The notes beneath the pieces are model-generated. The model saw only the letters and a list, made by a program, of their open reading frames with translations. It made no database searches and was not told the DNA's origin. A DNA stretch of 64,000 bases, taken from contig CAVPBK010000003.1 of NCBI GenBank assembly GCA_963701855.1, positions 32,001-96,000 on the forward strand, in the 5' to 3' direction. A program made the translations under genes and the position numbers. Position 1 is the stretch's first letter. Each line of letters opens with the position of its first letter. The stretch comes from Nitrospirota bacterium. Lineage in GTDB: Bacteria > Nitrospirota > Nitrospiria > Nitrospirales > Nitrospiraceae. Shown piece after piece: positions 19,777 through 29,387 of the stretch.

Positions 19777-20988
19777 ATGCCTGTATTTGCGTACAGAGTG
19801 GCCCGTCCTGATGGGTCGACCCTTGATGGACAGATTGAGGGAGAGGAAGAACACCTAGTCCGGGCCAAACTTGAGGGCCAGGGCTTTCTCGTCTTTCGGT
19901 TGCAGCGACGGGGTGCGGCCACAACCGGTTTGAGTCTGGGGTGGCACGCGTTTGGAAAGCTTCCACTTCAGGAATTCTTGGTGTTCAATCAAGAGCTGCT
20001 CGCCCTCGTGAAAGCCGGCCTTCCCGTGTTGCGGGTGTGGGATCTCTTGATCGAACGAGCCAACCATTCAGGGTTTCAGCAAGTCTTGAGGACCATTCGG
20101 CAAGATATTCGAGGAGGGGCGTCGGCTTCGGAAGCGCTGGCAAAACATCCGATCCATTTTTCAGAATTGTATATTGCGACAATCAAAGCCGGAGAACAAT
20201 CAGGAAATTTGGCCGAGGTGTTGCAGCGTTTCATTGCGTATTTAAAGTTGATGATCGGGCTGCGCCAGAAGGTCTCGAAAGCGCTTGCGTATCCCGGCTT
20301 TCTTGTGCTCGTCGGGATTGCCGTCATTGGGTTTCTGTTGAGTTACGTCGTGCCGACATTCGTGTCGGTCTATGCGGAGACGTCAAAATCGTTACCGGTT
20401 GCCACGCAGCTGTTGCTTGACTTGGTGACGGGGGGCCAAACGTACGTTGTGCCTGGACTCATAGGGCTGGCCGCTTTGGGACTCGCAGGTCGTGCGTACT
20501 ATACGACGCCGGCTGGGCGGCTTGTGGTGGATCGGCTGTCATTGAGCCTGCCCATCATGGGGTCGATTTTCGTAAAACATTATACGGTTCAACTTACGCG
20601 TACCCTTGCGACGATCCTTGCCGGGGGCACTCCGCTGGTGGACGCATTGTCTATCGCACGGGGCGCCATCTCCAATCGGTATGTAGCGGTCGGAATCGCC
20701 GGTGCGGTCGAGGAAATTCGTGAAGGGATAACCCTGGCTGCCGCACTGGATCGCCCAAAAGTATTTCCCAAATTGGCGGTGGAGATGCTGTCGGTCGGGG
20801 AGGAAACCGGATCGTTGCCCGCGATGTTGCATGATGTGGCTGAATTCTATGAAGGAGACCTGGATCTCCGTCTCACGCAATTGACGACGTGGATTGAACC
20901 GGTACTACTTCTGGTCATGGGGGTTTTAGTGGGTGCGATCGTCATTATCATGTATCTGCCGGTGTTTCAAATGGCAGGGGCTGTGTAG
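19777..20988 (+). CDS. gspF: GspF/PilC inner-membrane platform protein
   Basis: ELLALVKAGLP, AGEQSGNL, ALAYP, VGEETGSL, IEP...MYLPVF. Confidence 0.93.
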   Translation: MPVFAYRVARPDGSTLDGQIEGEEEHLVRAKLEGQGFLVFRLQRRGAATTGLSLGWHAFGKLPLQEFLVFNQELLALVKAGLPVLRVWDLLIERANHSGFQQVLRTIRQDIRGGASASEALAKHPIHFSELYIATIKAGEQSGNLAEVLQRFIAYLKLMIGLRQKVSKALAYPGFLVLVGIAVIGFLLSYVVPTFVSVYAETSKSLPVATQLLLDLVTGGQTYVVPGLIGLAALGLAGRAYYTTPAGRLVVDRLSLSLPIMGSIFVKHYTVQLTRTLATILAGGTPLVDALSIARGAISNRYVAVGIAGAVEEIREGITLAAALDRPKVFPKLAVEMLSVGEETGSLPAMLHDVAEFYEGDLDLRLTQLTTWIEPVLLLVMGVLVGAIVIIMYLPVFQMAGAV

Positions 20989-21051
20989 CGATGGATGCTG
21001 TGATCATGTGGTTCGGCTTGCGTTCATGTGTTGAAGAATGAGTAGAAATCT

Positions 21052-22779
21052 ATGGCACGGACTGTGACACGGCCAACATTGACGGATATTCTCGTGCGGC
21101 AGGGGACTCTGCCGCAACAGACTCTCGACCAAGTGCTCAGCCGACTGGGTGGCGTGATGGCAGCTCTCGGCCAGACCTTGGTGAGCGAGGGAATTCTCTC
21201 TGAGGAGCAGCTAGCGCGTGCGTTGGCAGCCCAGTTTGATTTGCCATTTGATGCTCTGACGGAGTTCCGGGTCGACCAGTCGTTCTATGACTCTATGTCG
21301 GTGAAACTTATGCAACGGCATCCATTTATACCGATTGTAGAGCAACAAGGCCGCCTGTCCATTGCCATCCCTGATCCGCAGAATCTCCTAGCATTGGATG
21401 AGCTGGAGCTGCTTTTGGGGCGTCCGTTGGACCTGGTGGTGAGCCCGCGAAGTGCGATTCTGGCGGCCTTGGAACACAGTGAAGGCTCCAGCCAGGCTCT
21501 TCGTGAACTCGAGGCTGAGTATCGATCCGTGTTGGTGAAGGAGGATGAGCGGGGAGAGGAAGTCCTCACGATCAATCAAGCGGGAGAGGATCAAAGTCCT
21601 GCCGTCAAACTCTTAGACTCGATACTCCTGAGCGCGATGCAGCGCCGGGCCAGCGATATTCACATTGAAGCTGCTGACCGTGCCACCAAGGTGAAATTGA
21701 GGGTTGATGGGATTCTGGTTCCGGCAATGGAGCCGCTCGATATCCGTCTCCATGCGCCGTTGGTCTCGCGGCTGAAAGTCATGTCGGATCTGGACATCGC
21801 CGAGCGGCGGGTTCCGCAAGATGGAAGCTTTCGGATGCGACTGGAACGAAAGACCGTCGATTTCCGTGTCTCAATCCTTCCAAGTGTGTTCGGTGAATCG
21901 GTCGTTATTCGTATTCTCGACCGCGAGGCCATCACCACAGGTGTGTCGACGTTGCGGTTGGAACGACTTGGATTCAATGAGGAAGATCTCAAGCGATTTC
22001 GGCGCGCGATCACGCGGCCCTACGGCATGGTGCTGGTGACCGGTCCGACCGGAAGTGGAAAGACAACGACGCTGTACGCGGCGATTACGGAGATGAATAT
22101 CAAGGAAGACAAGCTGATTACGATCGAAGATCCGGTCGAATATCAGCTGTCGGGCGTCGTCCAAATTCCCGTGAATGAGAAGAAAGGCTTAACCTTTGCG
22201 CGAGGGCTTCGATCCATCTTGCGGCATGATCCTGACAAGATCATGGTCGGAGAAATCCGCGATGCAGAGACCGCACAAATTGCCATCCAATCGTCGCTCA
22301 CCGGCCACCTGGTTTTGACGACGGTGCACGCCAACAACGTGTTCGATGTCATCGGACGATTTGCCTCAATGGGAATCGATGCCTACAACTTCTTGGCTGC
22401 GTTGAACTGTGTGCTGGCTCAGCGGCTTGTTCGAATGGTGTGTCTTGCCTGTCGTGCGGCGGTCAAGCTCGACAACGTGCTGGCGGAAGAGTCCGGTCTC
22501 GACTTCGAGGAATACAAGGATAGGACATTTTATGAAGGCAAGGGATGCCAGGAGTGTCATGGGACTGGGTATCGCGGGCGAAAATGCATCACGGAATTTC
22601 TGGATCTCAACGATGAAATCAAAGAAATGATTCTTGCCGAGCGTCCCCTGTCAGAGGTTCGCTATCGCGCGGTGACCAGCGGGATGATCACGTTGCGGCA
22701 GTCCGCGCTCAGAAAGGTGCTGGAAGGTTCCACCACTTTGCATGAGATCAATCGAGTGACGTTTAGCGAGGAAGGATAA
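21052..22779 (+). CDS. gspE: GspE/PilB secretion ATPase
   Basis: RASDIHIE, ERRVPQDG, GPTGSGKTT, IEDPVE, LRHDPDKIMVGEIRD, CxxC pairs. Confidence 0.95.
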   Translation: MARTVTRPTLTDILVRQGTLPQQTLDQVLSRLGGVMAALGQTLVSEGILSEEQLARALAAQFDLPFDALTEFRVDQSFYDSMSVKLMQRHPFIPIVEQQGRLSIAIPDPQNLLALDELELLLGRPLDLVVSPRSAILAALEHSEGSSQALRELEAEYRSVLVKEDERGEEVLTINQAGEDQSPAVKLLDSILLSAMQRRASDIHIEAADRATKVKLRVDGILVPAMEPLDIRLHAPLVSRLKVMSDLDIAERRVPQDGSFRMRLERKTVDFRVSILPSVFGESVVIRILDREAITTGVSTLRLERLGFNEEDLKRFRRAITRPYGMVLVTGPTGSGKTTTLYAAITEMNIKEDKLITIEDPVEYQLSGVVQIPVNEKKGLTFARGLRSILRHDPDKIMVGEIRDAETAQIAIQSSLTGHLVLTTVHANNVFDVIGRFASMGIDAYNFLAALNCVLAQRLVRMVCLACRAAVKLDNVLAEESGLDFEEYKDRTFYEGKGCQECHGTGYRGRKCITEFLDLNDEIKEMILAERPLSEVRYRAVTSGMITLRQSALRKVLEGSTTLHEINRVTFSEEG

Positions 22780-22782
22780 GCG

Positions 22783-23784
22783 ATGTGGGGGTTGACCACT
22801 AGTCGTCCACGGCACTGTTTGAAAATTGGAGCGCAGAGCTTCACCTGGGGAGAAGCCGTTCGTACCTGGCGGGGGCGGTATCGCTATCGGTGTGCCGTCT
22901 CGCCGGCGCCGGCCGGGACTATCAAGCTGTCCCCTGTGGACCTGAATCTGACAGGCATGCCTGCGGTAGAAAGTTGCCTTCGGTCGCTGGCGGGCCCAAG
23001 TCGAGATATTCGGTTCGCAGGGGGTGTATGGCTGTCTGATATCCCATGCCCGATTGTATTGTTGTTGTCGGATCTGTCGGTGCGCGCGACTGTTTTGCAG
23101 ATGGAACAGCTCCCGGCACAGGTGGAGGAACAAGAAGCGCTGATTCGCTGGCGCCTGGGGCAGGAACAGCTGTTGCCCCTAACCGGGGCCAAGATTGTCT
23201 GGCAAGGGTTCCCCTCACATGGGGCAAGAGACGAGCGTTCCCATGTCATTCTTGCCGTGGCGATTCAAGAAGCCATCTTGAAGCAATACGAGTCCCTCTG
23301 TGAATCGGTCGGGTTGCTTCCGCAGGAAGTCGGTGTGACCAGCTTTCGTCTATTTAATCTCTGGCTGAAAGCGGCAGGTAGCCGGAAACGGTTGGGCCGT
23401 GATTTGCTCTGGATCAGTGTATCGGACGGCGGGTTGACTTGCTTCGTTCTGCAGGGAGGCCGATTGGTTTTTGTTCGGACCAAACGGTTAAACGCCGAAG
23501 GCCCACAGGATGAAAAAGATACTGATGGGGACCTGGTCGACAATATTGTCGAGGAATGTGCCGCATCCCTTCGTGCGTGCAGCGAGCAGCATCCCAGCCT
23601 GAACGTTACCGAGATTATTCTCGCAAGCGATAGTCCGTTCACGACGCTTGAACAGGCGCTGAACAGCGAACTCGGCCTCTCGACTGATCGGCTGGATTGG
23701 AAAGCAGTTGAACGGATGGGATGGACCCATAATGGTGGAAGCAGGTCATGGGCGACGCTCCCTGTCGTGGCGGGGGTGATGTAG
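22783..23784 (+). CDS. PilM/GspL-like cytoplasmic assembly protein
   Basis: Follows the ATPase; ALIRWRL, ILKQYESLCESVGL; paralog of 45658..46668. Confidence 0.7.
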   Translation: MWGLTTSRPRHCLKIGAQSFTWGEAVRTWRGRYRYRCAVSPAPAGTIKLSPVDLNLTGMPAVESCLRSLAGPSRDIRFAGGVWLSDIPCPIVLLLSDLSVRATVLQMEQLPAQVEEQEALIRWRLGQEQLLPLTGAKIVWQGFPSHGARDERSHVILAVAIQEAILKQYESLCESVGLLPQEVGVTSFRLFNLWLKAAGSRKRLGRDLLWISVSDGGLTCFVLQGGRLVFVRTKRLNAEGPQDEKDTDGDLVDNIVEECAASLRACSEQHPSLNVTEIILASDSPFTTLEQALNSELGLSTDRLDWKAVERMGWTHNGGSRSWATLPVVAGVM

Positions 23785-23787
23785 ACG

Positions 23788-24417
23788 ATGGCACCTGGAC
23801 GGACATTGCTTCGTGTGCTTGCCGACAGGGCGAACAGTTTTCTATCGACGCCTGGAGGGACGCGGTATTTCCACATCGAGCTGAGTAGCCGATACCGATG
23901 GTATGTTGCACCCACTCGCCTGGTGCTGGTTGCACTAAGCGGGATCATTGGGGTCTCAATCCTCTGGAGTGTGACTCAGACCGTGGTGACTATGCGTGAC
24001 CGGCACGACATACAAGCACGCCTCGATCATGTTCGCATGCAAGATCAGCAACTCCTTGCCGAAGCCCAACAGGAAGGCATTGATCTTTCCGGGCCTTCAT
24101 TGCAACAGCTACCGGGCGAAGTGAGTTTGGCGAACCAGTTGATGACGAAGCGGCACTTTTCCTGGACGCAGTTTTTGTCCGCTCTTGAATCGGCCATCCC
24201 TCGGTATGTGTCGATAAAGAGTATACGCCTGGATCCGGGCAGTGCGGTCGTGCACATGACAGGGTTGGCTGTGACGGTCGAAGATGTGACGGCATTGACG
24301 GTCACATTGCAAGATCATGCCGTCTTTCGCGATCCTGTGCTGGGCCAGTATCGGGTGGGGCCAAATGACTTGATTGAGTTTGACCTTACGCTGCGCTATC
24401 GGCAACCAGGCATGTAG
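23788..24417 (+). CDS. PilN-like assembly protein
   Basis: Single TM, FSWTQFLSALESAIP..VSIKSI, C-terminal FDLTLRY. Confidence 0.8.
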   Translation: MAPGRTLLRVLADRANSFLSTPGGTRYFHIELSSRYRWYVAPTRLVLVALSGIIGVSILWSVTQTVVTMRDRHDIQARLDHVRMQDQQLLAEAQQEGIDLSGPSLQQLPGEVSLANQLMTKRHFSWTQFLSALESAIPRYVSIKSIRLDPGSAVVHMTGLAVTVEDVTALTVTLQDHAVFRDPVLGQYRVGPNDLIEFDLTLRYRQPGM

Positions 24418-24525
24418 CAGGATGCTGAAAAAGGCCACCAGCATAAGCAGGCCGTTGTTTGTTCTGTCTGGTTTGTCTTGTTTATTTGGTTGAACAAGCC
24501 CAACCAGATGAACCAGATCAACCAG
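24418..24525. repeat. REP/MITE end (CAGGATGCTGAAAAAGG) followed by inverted 9-mer tandem repeats (AACCAGATN)
   Basis: Shared end with 27634 and 32199; TCTGGTTTG-type units mirrored by AACCAGATG-type units. Confidence 0.7.
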
Positions 24526-24571
24526 TTTCGCGTGTCAAAATAGTCGTATTGGGCAGATTTGATAGAACAAC

Positions 24572-25123
24572 ATGATGGATTTCATCCTCCAACAGTTGCG
24601 AAAACCCTATGGGGTCTTGATCCCATGGCTTGTGCTGCTGTTGCTGTTGGCCGGAGTCTTGTGGGTGGTCCGCACCGTTGGGGTTGATGGGGCCGAGCAG
24701 AGTCGGGCGAAATTGGAGTTGGAATGGAGTCAAGTTCGTCAAGAATTTACACACCATAAGGAGGCTCAGAAAGCGCGGAAGGATCTTGCTCAGGTGTGGT
24801 CGGTCTTGCCGGTTGAACGGGATTTTGCTCCCTTGGCACTGGGTATTACTGAGGAGGCGAAGCGGGATCGTGTGATCCTCCCCGCGCTTTCCTATAAGAC
24901 TGAGCCTGCAATGGTGGCCAATATAAGTAAGGGGGTGCTTCAAGGTACGATGACCGGTCGTTACGAGGATCTGCGACGGTTTCTCTATAACGTGGAGACG
25001 GCCGAGGAATTGGTCTATATCGAGGACTTAGAACTTGTGCGCTCTGACGCTCAGCAGGACCAGACGTTGACTTTTAATATTAAGATTGCCACGTACCTTC
25101 GAGGCGAGCCTGATAAACTGTAG
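24572..25123 (+). CDS. PilO-like assembly protein
   Basis: Single TM; TGRYEDLRRFLYNVET...VYIEDL. Confidence 0.8.
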   Translation: MMDFILQQLRKPYGVLIPWLVLLLLLAGVLWVVRTVGVDGAEQSRAKLELEWSQVRQEFTHHKEAQKARKDLAQVWSVLPVERDFAPLALGITEEAKRDRVILPALSYKTEPAMVANISKGVLQGTMTGRYEDLRRFLYNVETAEELVYIEDLELVRSDAQQDQTLTFNIKIATYLRGEPDKL

Positions 25124-25132
25124 CGCCGAGAT

Positions 25133-25717
25133 ATGATGACGACCAATCAAAAGAAAATGGCGGCATTGGCTGCGCTTGGCCTGCTCTGGGGTGGGATTGT
25201 TGCCAGCGAATGGCCGATCATGGAAGAGCCCGTGCATGTGCCGCTGACCAATGTGAGCGGTCCTGCTGCGACGCCTCGGGCAACCCGTGGAGTAGTCGAT
25301 GGGTTGCATGTTCAGCTCGATCTCCTCGCGACCGCGAGGACTCAACGGGAGATGACCTTTACCCTTCCGCGTAATATCTTTGCCCCACCCCACTCTGATG
25401 ACACGGAGGTTGCTCGTGCAAACAGGTCAGTGTCCGATCCTGGGTTAGAGCAGGCACAGCACCAACAGGTGGCCCTTGACGGTTTGGCACAATTCCACTA
25501 TCTCGGGTTTGTGCGCATGGAGGAGGGGTGGCGGAAGAAGGGCGAACTGGCTGTGCTCACGAAGAACGACGACGTCCATGTCGTCAGGACCGGAGAAGCG
25601 TTAGAAGACCACGTCGTCGTGAAAGCGATCACGCAGGAGAGCGTGACATTGCAAGACCGCCAGGCACGAGTAGAACACACTGTATTGCTGTCCGAAGAAG
25701 CTCCCGTACAGCCATAG
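25133..25717 (+). CDS. Secretion-system accessory protein (PilP/GspC-like)
   Basis: N-terminal TM, RNIF, FHYLGFV, VVRTGE...VKAITQESVTL; paralog of 43717..44370. Confidence 0.6.
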   Translation: MMTTNQKKMAALAALGLLWGGIVASEWPIMEEPVHVPLTNVSGPAATPRATRGVVDGLHVQLDLLATARTQREMTFTLPRNIFAPPHSDDTEVARANRSVSDPGLEQAQHQQVALDGLAQFHYLGFVRMEEGWRKKGELAVLTKNDDVHVVRTGEALEDHVVVKAITQESVTLQDRQARVEHTVLLSEEAPVQP

Positions 25718-25844
25718 CAAAAGGCTGAAAATGTCCGCCAGCCTGTCTTGTTCATTTGGTCTATCTCGTCTGTCTCGTTTATTTGGTTTCTCTGGGTCAA
25801 GCAACAAAACAAACCAGATAGACCAGATGAACCAGACAAACCAA
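25718..25844. repeat. REP/MITE end plus inverted 9-mer tandem repeats
   Basis: GCTGAAAATGTCCGCCAGC, then TTTGGTCTA-type units mirrored by AACCAGATA/GACCAGATG/AACCAGACA. Confidence 0.7.
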
Positions 25845-25874
25845 CATAGTTCTTTACAGTCTGCCAACAGCTCA

Positions 25875-26480
25875 ATGGTCATCAGCCGCCAGCAACGTGT
25901 CATCAATGAGCGAGGGGTGACCTACCTCATGCTTATGTTCGTGATCGTCCTCATCGGTATTGCCACGACTGCTGCGGCGAAACAATGGAAGGTTATCGTG
26001 CAACGGGAGCGTGAAGCGGACCTTTTGGCCAAAGGGATCGAGATCCAAAATGCCCTCGCATTGTATTCCGAGACGATCAAGGCAGGTCGCGTGATGCCTG
26101 GAGAGGTCTACCCCAAGACATTGGCTGAACTCACGAGATTACCCAAACCCTTCTTGCGCAAGGTCTATCTTGACCCAATGGGGTCTGATGAATGGGAATA
26201 TCTTCAGGCGCCGACAGGCGGCATCATGGGGGTCCGGAGCAAGAGCCGCGCAAGGCCATTTCGACAGAAAGATTTTCCTCTTATCGTCCGGCATTTCGAG
26301 GGACGCGCTACCTATCGTGATTGGGTCTTCCAACATCCAAATCCCTCATCGGGTACGATCTTGCCGCAAGGGACTGTGCCCAGTTCCGGGGTATCCCCGG
26401 TGCCGGGATCGACGATCACTCCTGGTGGAAGTGCTCCAGTTATCCAGCCAACTCAGGGGCAGCCGCCCCTGAATCCTTAA
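25875..26480 (+). CDS. Minor pseudopilin-like type II secretion protein
   Basis: RGVTYLMLMF prepilin-like motif, REREADLL, YPKTLAEL, FLRKVYLDPM; upstream part of the called ORF is translated repeat. Confidence 0.8.
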   Translation: MVISRQQRVINERGVTYLMLMFVIVLIGIATTAAAKQWKVIVQREREADLLAKGIEIQNALALYSETIKAGRVMPGEVYPKTLAELTRLPKPFLRKVYLDPMGSDEWEYLQAPTGGIMGVRSKSRARPFRQKDFPLIVRHFEGRATYRDWVFQHPNPSSGTILPQGTVPSSGVSPVPGSTITPGGSAPVIQPTQGQPPLNP

Positions 26481-26517
26481 TCCTAGACATCTTTCCCATC
26501 GATTCTGTTATATTTCG

Positions 26518-26574
26518 TAACTCTCAGGTAGATAGGCTGAAGGCTTTTAGTCTTCAGCCTGAACACCTGACTAG
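26518..26574. repeat. Minimal copy of the CTCAGGT...CACCTGA heptamer element
   Basis: CTCAGGTAGATAGGCTGAAGGCTTTTAGTCTTCAGCCTGAACACCTGA matches both ends of 19596-19774. Confidence 0.75.
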
Positions 26575-26628
26575 GCGCTATATTTCATGGCATTCCCGAT
26601 GAGAGGGGCGTAAAAGAAGAATCATCGT

Positions 26629-27633
26629 ATGCGTATTCTTATTACAGGTGGAGCCGGGTTTCTCGGGAGTCATCTCTCCGAGGTACTGCTGCAGGCCGGG
26701 CATTCAGTAATCTGCATGGACAACCTCCTCACCGGACGCGTTGAGAATATTGCCCATCTGCTCGGGCACGAGCAATTTTCCTTTGTCAAATACAATGTGT
26801 GCGACTATGTGCACGTCGATGGTCCACTGGATGCGGTCATGCATTTCGCATCACCCGCGAGCCCGCAAGACTACCTTGAATTTCCTATTGCCACGCTGAA
26901 GGTCGGTGCGTTAGGTACGCACAAAGTCCTTGGACTTGCCAAGGCCAAGGGCGCAAGGTTCCTTTTGGCCAGCACATCGGAGGTCTATGGAGATCCACTG
27001 GTGAACCCTCAGCCTGAATCTTACTGGGGCAACGTCAACCCTCTCAGCCCCCGTGGCGTATACGACGAGGCCAAGCGTTTTGCAGAAGCCCTCACGATGG
27101 CCTACCACCGTTACCATGCGGTCGATACCAGGATTGTGCGCATCTTCAACACATTCGGGCCACGCATGCGGCCAAATGACGGACGTGTCGTGTCGACGTT
27201 CATCGTCCAGGCGCTCCAGGGAAAACCGTTGAGTGTGTTTGGCGAGGGATCTCAAACCAGGAGTTTTTGCTACGTTGACGACCTAGTCAGCGGTATTACC
27301 GGATTGCTTCTGCTGGACTCGGACAAGAATGTCGAACAACGGACAGATCGCAAGTTCCTCGTCACGCAAAATAAAGATACCGATGGATACAGCATGCATG
27401 ACCCCGTGAATATTGGGAATCCGCGTGAGCTGACTGTCTTGGAGATCGCGAAATTGGTATTGGAACTCACTCATTCATCGAGCCAAATCACCCACCACCC
27501 GCTGCCAGCCGATGATCCAAAAGTCAGACGGCCCGACATCAGTCGGGCGCGTACTCTCCTGAAATGGGAACCTCAAGTACAGCTCGAAGATGCCCTTCTT
27601 CGCACAATCGAATACTTTAGAAAAGTCATCTAG
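26629..27633 (+). CDS. uxs: UDP-glucuronic acid decarboxylase (UDP-xylose synthase) family SDR
   Basis: [55 protein letters not shown]. Confidence 0.92.
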   Translation: MRILITGGAGFLGSHLSEVLLQAGHSVICMDNLLTGRVENIAHLLGHEQFSFVKYNVCDYVHVDGPLDAVMHFASPASPQDYLEFPIATLKVGALGTHKVLGLAKAKGARFLLASTSEVYGDPLVNPQPESYWGNVNPLSPRGVYDEAKRFAEALTMAYHRYHAVDTRIVRIFNTFGPRMRPNDGRVVSTFIVQALQGKPLSVFGEGSQTRSFCYVDDLVSGITGLLLLDSDKNVEQRTDRKFLVTQNKDTDGYSMHDPVNIGNPRELTVLEIAKLVLELTHSSSQITHHPLPADDPKVRRPDISRARTLLKWEPQVQLEDALLRTIEYFRKVI

Positions 27634-27731
27634 CAGGATGCTGAAAAAGGCCGCCAGACGAAGAATATTGAGGCTCAGGCTAAGGTTGAGAGAACGAGAG
27701 TCTGATCTTCGCTCGCTGCGGCCTGAGCATC
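27634..27731. repeat. Degenerate REP/MITE copy
   Basis: CAGGATGCTGAAAAAGGCCGCCAG ... TCTTCGCTCGCTGCGGCCTGAGCATC. Confidence 0.65.
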
Positions 27732-27847
27732 TTTGATATGGCTCTTCTTGTCCACCTTTTCTGGTGGTTCTCTCCTGCGAATAGCCGCCTTGACCGCGTT
27801 GAAACTCCCGCTGTATCCTGTTCAAACATCATGGGGTAAGAGTTTGT

Positions 27848-29182
27848 ATGCTATCTGACCGAAATAACCAGGCGGAAGCGTCAGTCGAGCCCATCGAATC
27901 GGTTGGCGTGGAAGTGGTTGCGCCCATACCGCTTCCAGAATATGTCGCTGAATTGGTCATGCGAGCCAAAGGGGCCGCAGGCCGACTGGCTACGCTTTCG
28001 AGCGCGATCAAGAACCGGGCCCTTCTCGCGATGGCGGAGGCGCTGGAAGCGCAGAAGGATGCGCTGTTGGTTGCGAACGAACTGGATCTGGAAGCCTTCG
28101 GGACTGCGCCGGAAAAGAAGGCGATGGCAGATCGGCTGCGTCTGACGGCCAAGAGGATCGTCGAAATGGCGGCAGGCCTGCGTGAGGTGGCTGCCCTCCC
28201 CGATCCACTTGGGGAGATGCCGAAGATGTGGACCAGGCCGAACGGGATGCAGGTGGGACGCGTGCGGGTTCCAATCGGTGTTATTGGCATTGTGTATGAA
28301 TCCCGCCCGAACGTTACGGCGGATTCCGCCGCGCTTTGTTTGAAATCCGGAAACGCCTGCGTACTGCGGGGAGGAAGCGAGGCGATCCATTCGAATACAG
28401 CGATTGCGACGGTTCTGTCGGAGGCGGCAGAGAAAGCCGGTGTCCCAGCCGGAGCGATCAGTTTTGTCGCCAGGCCAGATCGTGAGCTGGTTCCTCTACT
28501 GCTGAAGCAAGATCGTTACATCGACCTGATTATCCCGCGCGGCGGAGAATCGCTGATGCGCGTCGTCACCGAACATGCCACGATCCCCGTCGTCAGGCAC
28601 GATGCCGGCGTCTGTCACATCTATGTCGATGTCGATGCCGATCCAGTTATGGCGGAGCGAATCTGTTTCAATGCCAAGGTGCAGCGGCCGTCGACTTGTA
28701 ATGCGATGGAGACGCTCCTAGTGCATCAAGGCATTGCGCGTCATTGGCTTGCCCCATTCATTGAGAAATTGGCGGCGGCCGGGGTCGAGGTCCGCGGCTG
28801 CCAGAAAACCTGTCAGCTGTCATCCTCGGCCAAGCCCGCGAGCGACGAGGATTTCGGAAAAGAATTCCTCGATCTCACCGTAGCAGTGAAAGTAGTCAAG
28901 CACGTCGATGAGGCGATGGAGCATATTGCCAAGTATGGATCACGCCACACGGAAGCCATCGTGACCTCCGACTATCCGAAAGCCATGCGGTTTCTGCGGG
29001 AGGTCGATGCCGGCGCGGTATTGGTAAACGCCTCGACCAGGTTGAACGATGGCTATCAGTTCGGGCTTGGAGCAGAAATCGGGATCAGCACGTCCCGCAT
29101 CCATGCCCGCGGTCCGATGGGGCTGGAAGAATTGACCTGCTTCAAGTTTATCGTCATGGGGAGCGGGCAAGTCCGCGAGTAA
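27848..29182 (+). CDS. proA: Glutamate-5-semialdehyde dehydrogenase
   Basis: VPIGVIGIVYESRPNVT, LRGGSEA, PRGG, CNAMETLLV, NASTR, GAEIGISTS..HARGPMGL. Confidence 0.97.
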   Translation: MLSDRNNQAEASVEPIESVGVEVVAPIPLPEYVAELVMRAKGAAGRLATLSSAIKNRALLAMAEALEAQKDALLVANELDLEAFGTAPEKKAMADRLRLTAKRIVEMAAGLREVAALPDPLGEMPKMWTRPNGMQVGRVRVPIGVIGIVYESRPNVTADSAALCLKSGNACVLRGGSEAIHSNTAIATVLSEAAEKAGVPAGAISFVARPDRELVPLLLKQDRYIDLIIPRGGESLMRVVTEHATIPVVRHDAGVCHIYVDVDADPVMAERICFNAKVQRPSTCNAMETLLVHQGIARHWLAPFIEKLAAAGVEVRGCQKTCQLSSSAKPASDEDFGKEFLDLTVAVKVVKHVDEAMEHIAKYGSRHTEAIVTSDYPKAMRFLREVDAGAVLVNASTRLNDGYQFGLGAEIGISTSRIHARGPMGLEELTCFKFIVMGSGQVRE

Positions 29183-29183
29183 T

Positions 29184-29379
29184 CAGGCTGCTGAAACAGG
29201 CTCCCAACTTCGTTCTCAGTCGTTCGAACCCCTCAACGTACCGATGTAAGGATACTTGAGGCAAAGTGACTATCCGCCCGCATTTGATCGAAGCGAGCGG
29301 GTCAAGCGAAGCTTGGTATGTACCTCTTCGGGGTTCTCTCTCCTTGTGGCCTCGTTGGCCGGCTTGTTTGAGCAGCCCG
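29184..29379. repeat. REP/MITE-like palindromic element
   Basis: CAGGCTGCTGAAACAGG ... CTTGTTTGAGCAGCCCG imperfect TIR; internal CCTCAACGTACC core shared with 32199. Confidence 0.75.
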
Positions 29380-29387
29380 CAGCATAA

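Noticed and set aside
24455..25844. Short repeat arrays as a possible CRISPR
   Set aside because: They are degenerate 9-mers in inverted tandem arrangement with no unique spacers and no cas genes
25731..25874. N-terminal extension of the pseudopilin ORF
   Set aside because: It is translated repeat DNA (NQIDQMNQTNQ)
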